A DNA stretch of 64,000 nucleotides from a virus (lineage: Duplodnaviria > Caudoviricetes), in the IMG/VR virus record IMGVR_UViG_3300033075_001877, positions 6,842-70,841 of that record; one strand, written 5' to 3'. This document shows, piece after piece, positions 25,549 through 34,866 of this stretch. The notes beneath the pieces are model-generated. The model had not been told where the DNA came from, searched no databases, and saw only the letters and a list, made by a program, of their open reading frames with translations. Within the stretch, counting starts at the first letter, position 1. Each line of letters begins with the position of its first letter. A program made the position numbers and the translations under genes.

Positions 25549-26778
25549 TCAGCCTGCTCGGATGACGAAGTACGACGTCACGTTGGTGTTCGACGCGAAG
25601 CACACGCGTCCAGGGAACACGTCGAACCCAACGCCGAGCGGAGAGGCCATCAGGTCCCACCAGCCAACTTCCGGCCAGCCAGGACCACTCCCATACGCGC
25701 CGTCGATGAATGCTGAACCGTCGCCAATCTCAGCACCGCCAGTCGACTCAATCTCGGTGGCCCTGTGGCGCGACCCATCGAAGCGGATGCCGCGACCCAC
25801 GGGGATGGGAAGCGTGCGGAAGGCGACCGCTTCGCCGTTTCGCGTGGTTCGGATCACCACCGGTGCCGTCTCGTCGCTGGTGCCCGAGTAGATCTCGAGG
25901 ATCAGGCAGAGTGACTCATTCTGACGGAGTGGTGGGCTGATTGGACTCGCTCCGCTGTACGTGTACGTGAGCGGGCCCACGGCCTCCTCGTTGCAGAAAT
26001 ACTGCTCCCACGTGAAGCAACCGCCCGCGCCTGCCGGATCCGGCGCCACCAGTGCCGAATCGGCATCGAACTGCGGGCGTCGATAGAGGTGTCCATCCTC
26101 GGCGCCAAGGGTGAACTGACAACGCCGCACGAAGCAGTCCATCGCTGCGCTCACGGGCTCGACCCAGCGCGGCGCGTCGAGGAGCGATCCGCCCTCAATG
26201 CGCCACGTGGCGGACTGGGCATAGTCGCCGTCGAGCGGTGAAGGGCCGCACTCGTCGGCCAGCCAGAAGCGACCTTTCGAGCATCCATCTGGCCCCATCA
26301 GCATGCCAGTGAGGTTGGCCAGGCCAGCATTCAACCCGGGCTCGCTCGTGGCGAGGATCGAGACGACGTACGTGATCGCGAGATGGTTCGGCCGACGACG
26401 CGTGAACGACGCTCCACCGAAGCTCCACGCGCGCTGATTGATGGACCGGCTGTATGTGGTCGGGAAGCCGTCGACCGACTCACACACGAAAGCCATGAGC
26501 TGACCCGTGCCGGGTGCTGGCGTGAAGGGATCTCCCGTCACGAGTGCGGTGTCACCAAGCAGGAGCATTTCGTCGCCCGAGTAGAGGTTCGGGTTCGGCC
26601 CATAGTTGTGGATCCAGCACGCGTCGAGGACATCGGTGTTGCGCATCATGATCGTCGGGCCGTTCGGCACCTGCATGTTCGCCGACGCGAAGTTCCTGAG
26701 ATGCCACGCATCATTCAGGATCTGGTGGGCCGGGCCACCTTCGTACCACTGCACCCAGAGCCAGCCGACGCCTCTCAC
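25549..26778 (-). CDS. minor tail protein (distal tail, Dit-like)
   Basis: GTGA overlap with the tape-measure stop; position; Cys- and beta-rich. Confidence 0.68.
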   Translation of the reverse strand: MRGVGWLWVQWYEGGPAHQILNDAWHLRNFASANMQVPNGPTIMMRNTDVLDACWIHNYGPNPNLYSGDEMLLLGDTALVTGDPFTPAPGTGQLMAFVCESVDGFPTTYSRSINQRAWSFGGASFTRRRPNHLAITYVVSILATSEPGLNAGLANLTGMLMGPDGCSKGRFWLADECGPSPLDGDYAQSATWRIEGGSLLDAPRWVEPVSAAMDCFVRRCQFTLGAEDGHLYRRPQFDADSALVAPDPAGAGGCFTWEQYFCNEEAVGPLTYTYSGASPISPPLRQNESLCLILEIYSGTSDETAPVVIRTTRNGEAVAFRTLPIPVGRGIRFDGSRHRATEIESTGGAEIGDGSAFIDGAYGSGPGWPEVGWWDLMASPLGVGFDVFPGRVCFASNTNVTSYFVIRAG

Positions 26779-29700
26779 CGCAACGCCTCCTGCACGATCG
26801 CCCGAATCTTGTGGCCAACGAGCGTACCTGTGGCGATCGGGTCGGCTGCGACCTCGTGCACGTGGAGCTCGCCCACGACCGGCCCGCCGAAGGTCGATGC
26901 CGCGCTGACCGGAGCGGCGGCGCTCGCCGTCGTGCTGCCGCCCGAGCTCGAGGTGCCGGCCAGCGATGCGAGGAGCGCGCGATCGAGGTTCGTCTCGCGC
27001 ATGAGCTGCAGCGCACGCCGCGGGTTCGAGAGCGGAATCACGACCTCGGGCTTCGAGCGCTCTCCGATCCACGAGAGCGTGGGACGCGTGACGACGCGTC
27101 CGTTCTCGCTGTTCACCGGGTCGAGCCCGGCCACGGCGAAGGCATCCGCGATCGCTGCAGCACCAACGCCGGCATCGACGTTCGACGCCGCCGACGCGTT
27201 GGCCGCGGCGATGAGTGCCTTCTTCGTCTTCTCGTCCACGATGAGGCGCCAACGCAGGTCGAAGGTGATCGCGTTGCTCGACAGTTCCTTGAGCCCGAGC
27301 ATCGTCGCGGCGATCTTGTCGGCCTCCTCGCGCGGCAGCTTGAGGCTCTTCTGGATGTCGCCCGAGACCTTGTCGAAGATCTCCTGGATCTTGCCGGTGG
27401 CCGTGTCGAACCCACCCGGCACGTCCTTCGCTCCATCGAGCAGCGCCTTCACCTGAGTCTGGAACGAGTCGGCGATCTGCTGGTTGTTGATGGCGAGCTG
27501 GTTCGCCGCGACGACGTCGCCCTGCAGGGCCTTCTGGTACAGCTCCTTGTTCGCCTTGACCGTCGAGAGCACGTCGTTCGACAGCGAGGCGGCCGACACG
27601 GACACGCGCCCCGTCAGCTCGGCGAAGGTGCGGATGGCCGCATTGAGCCGCTCCTGCTCTTCGCGCTGGGTCTTGACGTAGGGGCCCGCAGCCTCGGCCG
27701 CATCGGCGATCTGCTGGGCCGAGATCGAATACATGCCGCCGTACGTGGCCGCCTGCTTGAGCACCTCGGGGTCGACTTGGCCGCCAGCACTGCGCGCCTT
27801 GGCCACGCGCTCCTGGGCCTCCGCAGCGCCGAGCGCTGCCTTGCGCTCCTCGCCGAGGAACCGGATGAGGTCGGAGCGGCCGTTGTAGCCGAAGTTTGCC
27901 GCCTCAGCGGCAGCGTTCACGCTTGTTCTGAACGACACGAAGCTCTCATCGGAGCCGCGCACCGCAGCATCGAGCTGACCGAGCGAGAAGCCCAGGCCCG
28001 TGAGGTCGTTCAGGATGCGCTTCTGCGTGCCCGACCCCGACTCGAGCTTCTGCTCGTAGCGCGAGAGGGCCTCCACGGCCGGGATCGACGACTTGAGGAT
28101 CTCGGCGTACTCGGCCTGACGAGCGCGTGCCTCGGCCGCCTTCTTGGCGTGGTTGCCGAGGACCGTGCCGAGCACCGCGACGCCACCCGCCAGCACGCCG
28201 GCTGCCGGCCCGCCGATGGCGAACGCGGTGCCCACCGTGCCGATGACTCCGGCATAGCTGACCGCCTTCTCGATGCCGTTGGACTGGGCGGCGTTGTACC
28301 CCGCCACGCCTGCCCCGGCGATCGTGGCAGCGAGCGCGACGCCATCGAAGGCCTTGCTGAGCGCACCGGCGAACCGCGTCGTCTCCTGCATGGCGTTCGC
28401 GCTCGCCACGGCCTGCTGGGGCGTGAAGAAGGAACTCAGTACGGACTGCTGGCCCGTCTTGATGGCCGTCTGGCGAGCGGCATCGCGGGCGGCCTGCGCC
28501 TGCCCCGCGGCCGTCGCCTGGGCGGGGAGGAAGAAGGAGTTGCTCACGCTCGATGCGGTCGCGGCCGCCGTTGCTCGAAGTGTGGCGGCCCTCACGTCGG
28601 CGGCGGCCTGCGCCTGCCCCGCGGCCGTCGCCTGGGCGGGGAGGAAGAACTGGCCGGCAACGGCGGCGGGCGAGATCGACAGCGTGCGCTGCGCTGCCGC
28701 CACAGCCTGTTGTGGCGTGAAGAACTGGCCGGTGAGGCCGGCGTTGATCCGCGCCGTCGTGCTGCCGATGACCGCCTGCTCCCGCCGGAGCTGTGCGGCG
28801 AGCTCGGGCGGGAGAGTCGGGCCCGCAGCGATCGACATGGCTCCCGTGCTGCCGAGCTCGGCGCGCACTCGCGCCGCGACCGCGCTCGTGGTGGTGGCGA
28901 CCGATCGGATCTTCTGCAGCGATTTCTCGACGTCGGCGCCGAGCTGAATGAAGCCCTGGCCGAGCCCCTTCACACCCTGCAGCGCGCCGTCGGCGCGCTG
29001 CTTGTTGAACTCGGTGATGAGCGCCTTGGCGCCAGCGACGTCACCATGCAGCGCCTTCCACCCTGCGCGCACGTTGACGAGGAACACGTCGGCGTCGGCC
29101 TTGAGTGACCCGAACACCTTGATGGTCTTGAGGATCGCGAAGCCGGCCACGAAGGCCGTCACGACGCCGCCGATGATCGGGTTGATGTCGAACAGGGCCT
29201 TGAAGATGTCCTTCACGGCCTTCGCGATCTCGCCGCGCTGGGCGATGATCCCCTGCACCATGCCGAGAGCGAACTGCCCGCCGATGACGACAGCAGCAGC
29301 AGCCACAGCACCACCAGCAGCCACCACGGCCTCGATCGTGCGGTGGTCAAGGAGGATGGTCGGGATCAGCTTGCCGGCCTGATAGATGCCGTCGAGCAAG
29401 AAGGTCCCGAGCTCCTTGCCGAACTGAATGATCTGCTCGCGCGGCGGGATGATGTCGTTGATGAACCCGACGACCTTGGGGAGGATCTCGGCTCCACCGT
29501 CGAAGATCGCGCGGTAGGCGTCCGCGATCGCGTGGCCGGCCGAGCGCAGTGCCGGGAGGATGAGCGTGTTCAGCGCGGCGAGTGACTTCACGAACTCGCC
29601 GTTGAAGGCGAGGCCGGCAGCGACGCCGAGCGTGCCGAACACGCGCTGGGCGGAGAACCCGAGCGCATCGGCCTTCTGCTGGTCGATCTGCTCGCCGTTC

Positions 29701-32132
29701 TTGCCCGAGCTCACCCCGGAGTCGAAGAAGGCCTTGGAGTTCTCGAGCGCCTTCTGGGTCGCAGTGGCACCATCGACGATCGCGCGGTACCCATCGGCGA
29801 TGTTGCGGCCGGTGCGCGTGAAGAAGTTGTCCTTCGGCGGCTCCTCCTGCAGGGTCGCGAGGAACTCCTGGACCTTCGGGTCCTTCGAGAGCGGCTTGAG
29901 GTCGCTCGGCAAGAGCAGCTCGCGGATCTTCGCCGGGAGCGGCGAACCGGTGATGCCTCGCGCCAGATCGTTCAGTCCGCCGACGAAGGACTTGTTGAAC
30001 TCGTGCGACTTCTGCACCGCCGTGGCGAGGCCGACGACGATGCCGCCGAGGCCGAGCGTGACGAGCGCGGTCGGCGACGTCGCGAGCGCCTTGATGCCGA
30101 GTGACGCGAGCTGCATTGCCTCGCCTGCCGACTTGAACACGAGCAGCGCTGCGCCGGCAGCGGCGAGCGCGACGATCGTGCGGCGGAGCGTGCCCCACTC
30201 GGGCGCCGTGGCGAGCGCGCCGATCGCGGTAGCGATGCGCAGGATGGCGTTGCCGAGCGGCTTGTCGAGCAGGCGGAAGATCTGGATTTGGAACGTCTCG
30301 AACTGGCTGCGGATCGCGTCGAACGCGCCCTTGAGGCCGGTGTTCTGCGCCTCGGCGAGCTTCTGTGCGAACCCCTTGCCGCTCACCGATCGCTGCGAGT
30401 TGCGCAGTGAGACGATGGCCTGGTCGAGCCCTGTCACGTTCGACGTCAGAGCATTGACGGCACGCGTGGCATCAGAGCCGAAGATCTGCGTGAACTTCGC
30501 CTCGCGCTCCTCCTGCGTCAACCCCTTCACGGACTTGGCGAGCAGCTTGATGATCTCGTTGAAGGGCCGAGCCGAGCCGGTCGCCTCGTCGTAGGCGATC
30601 GACTGCACGCCGGCCTGCTCGGCCAGGTCCTTCAGCGCCGAGCGCACCGGCAGACTCGAGTTTGAGAACGCGAGGAGGAACTGCTTCAGGGACGTGCCGG
30701 CGTCGGATCCGCGGAGAGCGTTCTTCGCGAGGATCGAGATGGCGGCGGCCTGCTGGATGTAGGCATCGGTGCCCTTGCCGATCTCGCGCTGGTTGGCAGC
30801 GAAGACGGTCGTCGACTGCTTGATGGCGTCGGACAGATCAGCGAAGCTCGTGCCACCCGAGATGCCCACGGTCTTCGCGAGGATGTCGGCGACGTCGTTC
30901 GAGTCCTTCGCCTGCAGCTTGAACACGTTGAGCGCGACGCCGACCTGGAAGGCGGTCTCGGCGTAGTCGGCGTTCACGGCGCGGCCGAGCTGCAGGGTGG
31001 CGTTCGCCGACCCCAGGGCGTCGTTGACGCTCAGGCCAGCCTTGGCCAGCTGCAGGATCGCGTCGGCGGCGTCGCGCGCCGAGACGCCCGGGAGCTTCAC
31101 GTCGTTGCCGAGCTCGAGTGCTTTCTGGCCGAGGAGATCCATCTCCTTGGACGTCAGGCCGAGCTGAGCCCGAGCCACCTCGAGACCCGTGGTGAACTCG
31201 CTGCCGATCTTGAAGGTGTTGAGCGCGCCGAACGCTCCGCCGCCAGCGATCGCGAGATTGCGCAGGCCGATGCCGAGTCCCGAGCGGCCGAGCACGGCGC
31301 CCGTGACGCCCGAGTTCGCCACGCTGGTTGCCTGGCCGGCGAGCGTCGCCTGCTGGACCTGCAGCTGCTCCTTCGCCGCGCGCTCCGCCTCGATGGCGGC
31401 GAGGCGGTTCGCCTGGCGCTCGTCCTCACGCCGGCGAGCGTGGAAGTCGCGCCAGGTGACGCGGAGCGAGTCCGTGATGCTGCGCGTGAGGTCGTTGAGG
31501 CGGGCGTTGTGGGCGCGTCGGTTGGCCAGGTCGATCTTGTCGTCGGCCATCTGGGCTTCGAGGATCTGGCGCTGGCCGAAGCGCACGGCCGCGAGCTGCT
31601 CGCGGTTGCCCTGCTTCGTCGCCTCGGTGCGGCGCTCCTCCTCGGCGCGCTTGGTGATGGTGAGGCGCTTGTCCTCCTCGTTGAGCGCCTTGTTCGTCGC
31701 CTGCGTCGCCGCGAGCTGCTCGCGCTTGTTGCGGTTCTGCTCCTGCGTGGTGGCGCGCTCATCGGCGCGCCGGTTGCGCTCGCGCTCGGCGGTGTCGAGC
31801 TCGATGCGCCGCTGGATCTCGTTGTTCTGGCGGTAGAACTCCTGGACCACCCGGAGCTGGGCGTTGAGCTCACCCTGTAGCTCGGCGCGCTGGCGGCGCG
31901 CTGCGGCGCCCGTGCCCTTGATGGTCTGGTTCGAGAGGACCTCGAGCCGGGCGCGCACGATGCGCATGGCGTCGTCGAGCCCGTTGACGAGCTCGCGCTG
32001 GGCCTGCGTGGCCGCGCTGGCCATCGTGCCGGCGAGTAGCGGGCCGAGGGCGTCGAGCTGAGTCTGGACCGCCTCGGGGATCAGCTCGAGGTCAAGGTCT
32101 GCCTCGATCTTGAGGTCGTTCTCGCCAGCCAC
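26775..32132 (-). CDS. tape measure protein (1785 aa)
   Basis: Longest ORF; Ala/Gly-rich helical; TP901-type core 'LGQKALELGNDVKLPGVSARDAADAILQLAKAGLS', 'LRGSDAGTSLK'; follows the chaperone genes. Confidence 0.95.
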   Translation of the reverse strand: MAGENDLKIEADLDLELIPEAVQTQLDALGPLLAGTMASAATQAQRELVNGLDDAMRIVRARLEVLSNQTIKGTGAAARRQRAELQGELNAQLRVVQEFYRQNNEIQRRIELDTAERERNRRADERATTQEQNRNKREQLAATQATNKALNEEDKRLTITKRAEEERRTEATKQGNREQLAAVRFGQRQILEAQMADDKIDLANRRAHNARLNDLTRSITDSLRVTWRDFHARRREDERQANRLAAIEAERAAKEQLQVQQATLAGQATSVANSGVTGAVLGRSGLGIGLRNLAIAGGGAFGALNTFKIGSEFTTGLEVARAQLGLTSKEMDLLGQKALELGNDVKLPGVSARDAADAILQLAKAGLSVNDALGSANATLQLGRAVNADYAETAFQVGVALNVFKLQAKDSNDVADILAKTVGISGGTSFADLSDAIKQSTTVFAANQREIGKGTDAYIQQAAAISILAKNALRGSDAGTSLKQFLLAFSNSSLPVRSALKDLAEQAGVQSIAYDEATGSARPFNEIIKLLAKSVKGLTQEEREAKFTQIFGSDATRAVNALTSNVTGLDQAIVSLRNSQRSVSGKGFAQKLAEAQNTGLKGAFDAIRSQFETFQIQIFRLLDKPLGNAILRIATAIGALATAPEWGTLRRTIVALAAAGAALLVFKSAGEAMQLASLGIKALATSPTALVTLGLGGIVVGLATAVQKSHEFNKSFVGGLNDLARGITGSPLPAKIRELLLPSDLKPLSKDPKVQEFLATLQEEPPKDNFFTRTGRNIADGYRAIVDGATATQKALENSKAFFDSGVSSGKNGEQIDQQKADALGFSAQRVFGTLGVAAGLAFNGEFVKSLAALNTLILPALRSAGHAIADAYRAIFDGGAEILPKVVGFINDIIPPREQIIQFGKELGTFLLDGIYQAGKLIPTILLDHRTIEAVVAAGGAVAAAAVVIGGQFALGMVQGIIAQRGEIAKAVKDIFKALFDINPIIGGVVTAFVAGFAILKTIKVFGSLKADADVFLVNVRAGWKALHGDVAGAKALITEFNKQRADGALQGVKGLGQGFIQLGADVEKSLQKIRSVATTTSAVAARVRAELGSTGAMSIAAGPTLPPELAAQLRREQAVIGSTTARINAGLTGQFFTPQQAVAAAQRTLSISPAAVAGQFFLPAQATAAGQAQAAADVRAATLRATAAATASSVSNSFFLPAQATAAGQAQAARDAARQTAIKTGQQSVLSSFFTPQQAVASANAMQETTRFAGALSKAFDGVALAATIAGAGVAGYNAAQSNGIEKAVSYAGVIGTVGTAFAIGGPAAGVLAGGVAVLGTVLGNHAKKAAEARARQAEYAEILKSSIPAVEALSRYEQKLESGSGTQKRILNDLTGLGFSLGQLDAAVRGSDESFVSFRTSVNAAAEAANFGYNGRSDLIRFLGEERKAALGAAEAQERVAKARSAGGQVDPEVLKQAATYGGMYSISAQQIADAAEAAGPYVKTQREEQERLNAAIRTFAELTGRVSVSAASLSNDVLSTVKANKELYQKALQGDVVAANQLAINNQQIADSFQTQVKALLDGAKDVPGGFDTATGKIQEIFDKVSGDIQKSLKLPREEADKIAATMLGLKELSSNAITFDLRWRLIVDEKTKKALIAAANASAASNVDAGVGAAAIADAFAVAGLDPVNSENGRVVTRPTLSWIGERSKPEVVIPLSNPRRALQLMRETNLDRALLASLAGTSSSGGSTTASAAAPVSAASTFGGPVVGELHVHEVAADPIATGTLVGHKIRAIVQEALR
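28488..28649 (-). repeat. 48-bp perfect direct repeat inside the tape measure gene (28488-28535, 28602-28649)
   Basis: Offset 114 bp; encodes FFLPAQATAAGQAQAA twice, flanked by two FFTPQQAVA variants. Confidence 0.88.
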
Positions 32133-32138
32133 TGACCG

Positions 32139-32147
32139 ATCCTACGC
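32139..32147 (-). promoter_or_regulatory. putative -10 element (GCG-TAGGAT) for a leaderless tape-measure transcript
   Basis: TANNNT ends 6 nt before the GTG at 32132; no SD. Confidence 0.5.
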
Positions 32148-32534
32148 AGATGGCAAGCCTGGGCCAGTCGATCCAGGTAGGTCGGGGAGTCCCATGTTCT
32201 TTCGCATGGCGAGGAGGCGATCCATCTCGGCGCCGAGGCCGCGGTCATCAGCGAGCGGCTCGTCCGATGCGGCGGCGCGGCGCACGAGCGCGCCGAGCTC
32301 GTCGAGCGACTCGACGTCCACGCCGGCGCTGGCCGGCTGCTCGCCCGCAAGCTGGGCGTCGAACTTGGCCCGCTCCTCGGCGTCCTTGCCCTTCACGAGC
32401 AGGTAGTAGATGACGTCGATCGCGTCGACGAGCGGCAGGTGCCGCAGAGGCGTGCTGCCGTTCAGGATGAGGCGGCCGTTGACCTCAGAGGCGCTCGCGC
32501 CGGCGATCGCCGCGAGGGTTACGACCTCTCGGTA
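32142..32534 (-). CDS. tail assembly chaperone, frameshifted C-terminal extension (lambda gpGT-like)
   Basis: Open -1 frame with no own start/RBS that begins at the CGC CCT AC site; sits between the chaperone and the tape measure gene. Confidence 0.78.
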   Translation of the reverse strand, partial: YREVVTLAAIAGASASEVNGRLILNGSTPLRHLPLVDAIDVIYYLLVKGKDAEERAKFDAQLAGEQPASAGVDVESLDELGALVRRAAASDEPLADDRGLGAEMDRLLAMRKNMGLPDLPGSTGPGLPSA

Positions 32535-32890
32535 GGGCGGCTGGCCACGATCTCGGCCAGGCGGTTGCTGAGCTTCGTGAGGTAGTCCCAGCCGATCGAG
32601 CGGGTGGGGTTCTTGAGCTCCGCGTGGAAGGCGGAGCGCTCGTCCTCGGCGATGTAGCTCAGGATGTGCTCGACGATGTCGAAGTCCTCCTGGGCCATCT
32701 CGTTCACCGCGACGATGTTCGGGCCGGCCGTGAGGACCCACTCGCGCCCGAAGATGCGCACGCGCTTGTTCGGCATGGCCTCGCGCTCGGCATCGAACTC
32801 CGCGTCGAGGTCGGTCATGACCACGGCGCCACCTTCGATGGCGGTGAGCTTGCGGGGGGTGGTGCGGCCGCCGGCCTTGCGCGTTGCCAT
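32519..32890 (-). CDS. tail assembly chaperone (lambda gpG-like)
   Basis: Acidic small protein upstream of the tape measure gene ending ...RPTERS; GAGAGGA RBS. Confidence 0.78.
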   Translation of the reverse strand: MATRKAGGRTTPRKLTAIEGGAVVMTDLDAEFDAEREAMPNKRVRIFGREWVLTAGPNIVAVNEMAQEDFDIVEHILSYIAEDERSAFHAELKNPTRSIGWDYLTKLSNRLAEIVASRPTERS

Positions 32891-32934
32891 GGTGGGGTCC
32901 TCTCGTCAGGGGTGAGCGGGACTATAGCGACGCG

Positions 32935-33618
32935 TCAGCGTCGCGCTCGGGACCGGCTGGCCGCGAAGCGGGTGCGTCGGCGCTCGGCGTTGCGGAATGC
33001 ACGCGTGCGCGCCTCGGCCACCTTCGGGGTCCGGCCGAAGGTGTTCCTGCGGATGGCGTCCGCCGTGCGCGCCAGGAAGCGGTAGGGCCGTGTGCCCGGG
33101 TGCTCGAAGGGCCCTTGCGCTGCCGAGAACGGCGGGCCGTTGACGAAGAACCTGCCCGACCCACTCGACGGCGGGAAGGCGTAGATGCGGTGAGGGTCCG
33201 AGCCCTTCTTCGGCATCGTGTGGGGCGCCGAGCCCTTCTCGAGGATCCAGGCGGCGCGGTGCCGGTTGACCAGCGTGACGCGGATGCGCTGGCGCGATAC
33301 CTCGACCTCGACCTCGAAGCTGTCGGCGAAGCGCGGCGCGTTGATGCGCCCGGACAGCTGCCGGCGGGACTTGCCGGTGGCCTTCCCGTCGGGTCCGGCG
33401 CCGAGCTGGCGCGACTCAGTGGAGAGCTCGCGCAGCGCCAGGTTCCGGGCGTACACCGCGGCCTTCTTCATCACCGAGGTCAGCTCGGCCTCGGCGTTCT
33501 TGGCGATGCGCGCCCGAGCGCGCTCGCTGTCCATCGTGATCGCCACGACGGCGACCACCTGCTTGCCGCCCCGCATGGTGAGCGCCGGCCGGCCGTTGGA
33601 CGCGGCCCGGGTGGCCAT
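32935..33618 (-). CDS. HK97 gp10-like neck/tail completion protein
   Basis: Basic; 'AAWILEKGSAPHTM...EHPGTRPYRFL'. Confidence 0.7.
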   Translation of the reverse strand: MATRAASNGRPALTMRGGKQVVAVVAITMDSERARARIAKNAEAELTSVMKKAAVYARNLALRELSTESRQLGAGPDGKATGKSRRQLSGRINAPRFADSFEVEVEVSRQRIRVTLVNRHRAAWILEKGSAPHTMPKKGSDPHRIYAFPPSSGSGRFFVNGPPFSAAQGPFEHPGTRPYRFLARTADAIRRNTFGRTPKVAEARTRAFRNAERRRTRFAASRSRARR

Positions 33619-34160
33619 CAGAGCAAGAGCGCGGCGCCCGAGACGCGCCAGCCGACGGTGGGCCCGTTCGGGCCGACGAGCTCGAGGCCGGCGAAGGTGA
33701 GGTTCGTGCACAGGCCGAGCACGTCAGGACGCCCGGCGCGATTCGCCGCGACGGCGGTCACGAGGCGGTTGTAGAGCGCGAGGCCCTGCGAGTGGTGCAG
33801 CGCGTTGGCCGCGTCGTAGGTGGCGACGGACGGCGGCTCATCGGGAGCGTCGGGCACCGGGTAGCAGCCGGTCCACAGCTCGACGCCGAAGTTCACGCGC
33901 ACCCGCGGCACGAGCAGCTGCACCTTCGATGTGGTGCCCTCGATGGCCAGCGCCGGGTTGCGGGCGTACACCGCGAGCACGTGCTGGCCGCCAAGGAGGA
34001 TGGGCGGCGGCCCGAGCGACACGTAGCGAGCGAACTCTCCGCCACATGGCGGAGAGCTGAGGCAATCGACGAGCGCGCCCTCTTCGCCCGTCGTGCCCCA
34101 GACGTAGCCCAGGATCCCGCGCAGCAGATCATCGAGCTGGGTGCAGCACGGGTCGGTCAT
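33618..34160 (-). CDS. putative tail terminator
   Basis: Position, size, and C-terminal 'GPNGPTVGWRV' pattern typical of actinophage terminators. Confidence 0.55.
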   Translation of the reverse strand: MTDPCCTQLDDLLRGILGYVWGTTGEEGALVDCLSSPPCGGEFARYVSLGPPPILLGGQHVLAVYARNPALAIEGTTSKVQLLVPRVRVNFGVELWTGCYPVPDAPDEPPSVATYDAANALHHSQGLALYNRLVTAVAANRAGRPDVLGLCTNLTFAGLELVGPNGPTVGWRVSGAALLL

Positions 34161-34170
34161 GGGCCGGAAC

Positions 34171-34413
34171 CTACGCCTGATCGAGCTTCTCGAGCCAGCG
34201 GATGGCGCAGGGGACCGAGCAGCAGAAGCCGCGGCCCTCGCTGTGCATGCGGGTGCCGTCGATCGTCTCGACCGGCCGCGAGACCTCGAGGTTGATGCGG
34301 CGCGAGCTGCGTGGCGACTGCTGGCCGCACGACGAGCACGTCGGACGCGAGGAGAGCCCCGTCTCCTGCGTCCGACGTGCGCCGAGCGAGCCTCGTCGGG
34401 GTGACGACGCCAC
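34171..34413 (-). CDS. small Cys-containing hypothetical protein
   Basis: CSSC...FCCSVPC; fills the gap between holin and terminator. Confidence 0.4.
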   Translation of the reverse strand: MASSPRRGSLGARRTQETGLSSRPTCSSCGQQSPRSSRRINLEVSRPVETIDGTRMHSEGRGFCCSVPCAIRWLEKLDQA

Positions 34414-34850
34414 TAGCCGATGCCCACGTTGGGGGCGAGCTTCGCGTAGAAGCCGGAGGGCTTCCAGACGCCGTAGTAGGTGGCCACCTGAGCGACCCAG
34501 GTCAGGGCTGCAGCCACGAGCGTCGTCCTCGAGAACACCGCCACGCCGTTCATCTCGGTCGCTGTGCCGAGCACGCCCGACACGCCGGAGAGGACGAGGC
34601 CCACGAGCACGTTCACGCGACTGGCAGCACCGAGCTTGGTGATGAGGCCGTGCGCGACCGGGAGGATCGTGCCGCCGATGATCGTCACGAGCGCGAGGTT
34701 CATCGTCACGACCTCATCGGTGCGCGGAGCGACGAGCTCGCCGGCCGCGTGGGCCTTCGTGGCGAACGCCATGAGCACGAGCATCGCCGTGCTGGCGAAC
34801 AGCACGGCCTTGAGGAGCAGGCGCTCCACGGTGGACAGGGTCAGTGGCAT
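34413..34850 (-). CDS. holin
   Basis: Four hydrophobic segments; directly after the endolysin; 'GTILPVAHGLITKLGAA...YYGVWKP'. Confidence 0.78.
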   Translation of the reverse strand: MPLTLSTVERLLLKAVLFASTAMLVLMAFATKAHAAGELVAPRTDEVVTMNLALVTIIGGTILPVAHGLITKLGAASRVNVLVGLVLSGVSGVLGTATEMNGVAVFSRTTLVAAALTWVAQVATYYGVWKPSGFYAKLAPNVGIG

Positions 34851-34866
34851 GGTGGTTCCTTCCTGG

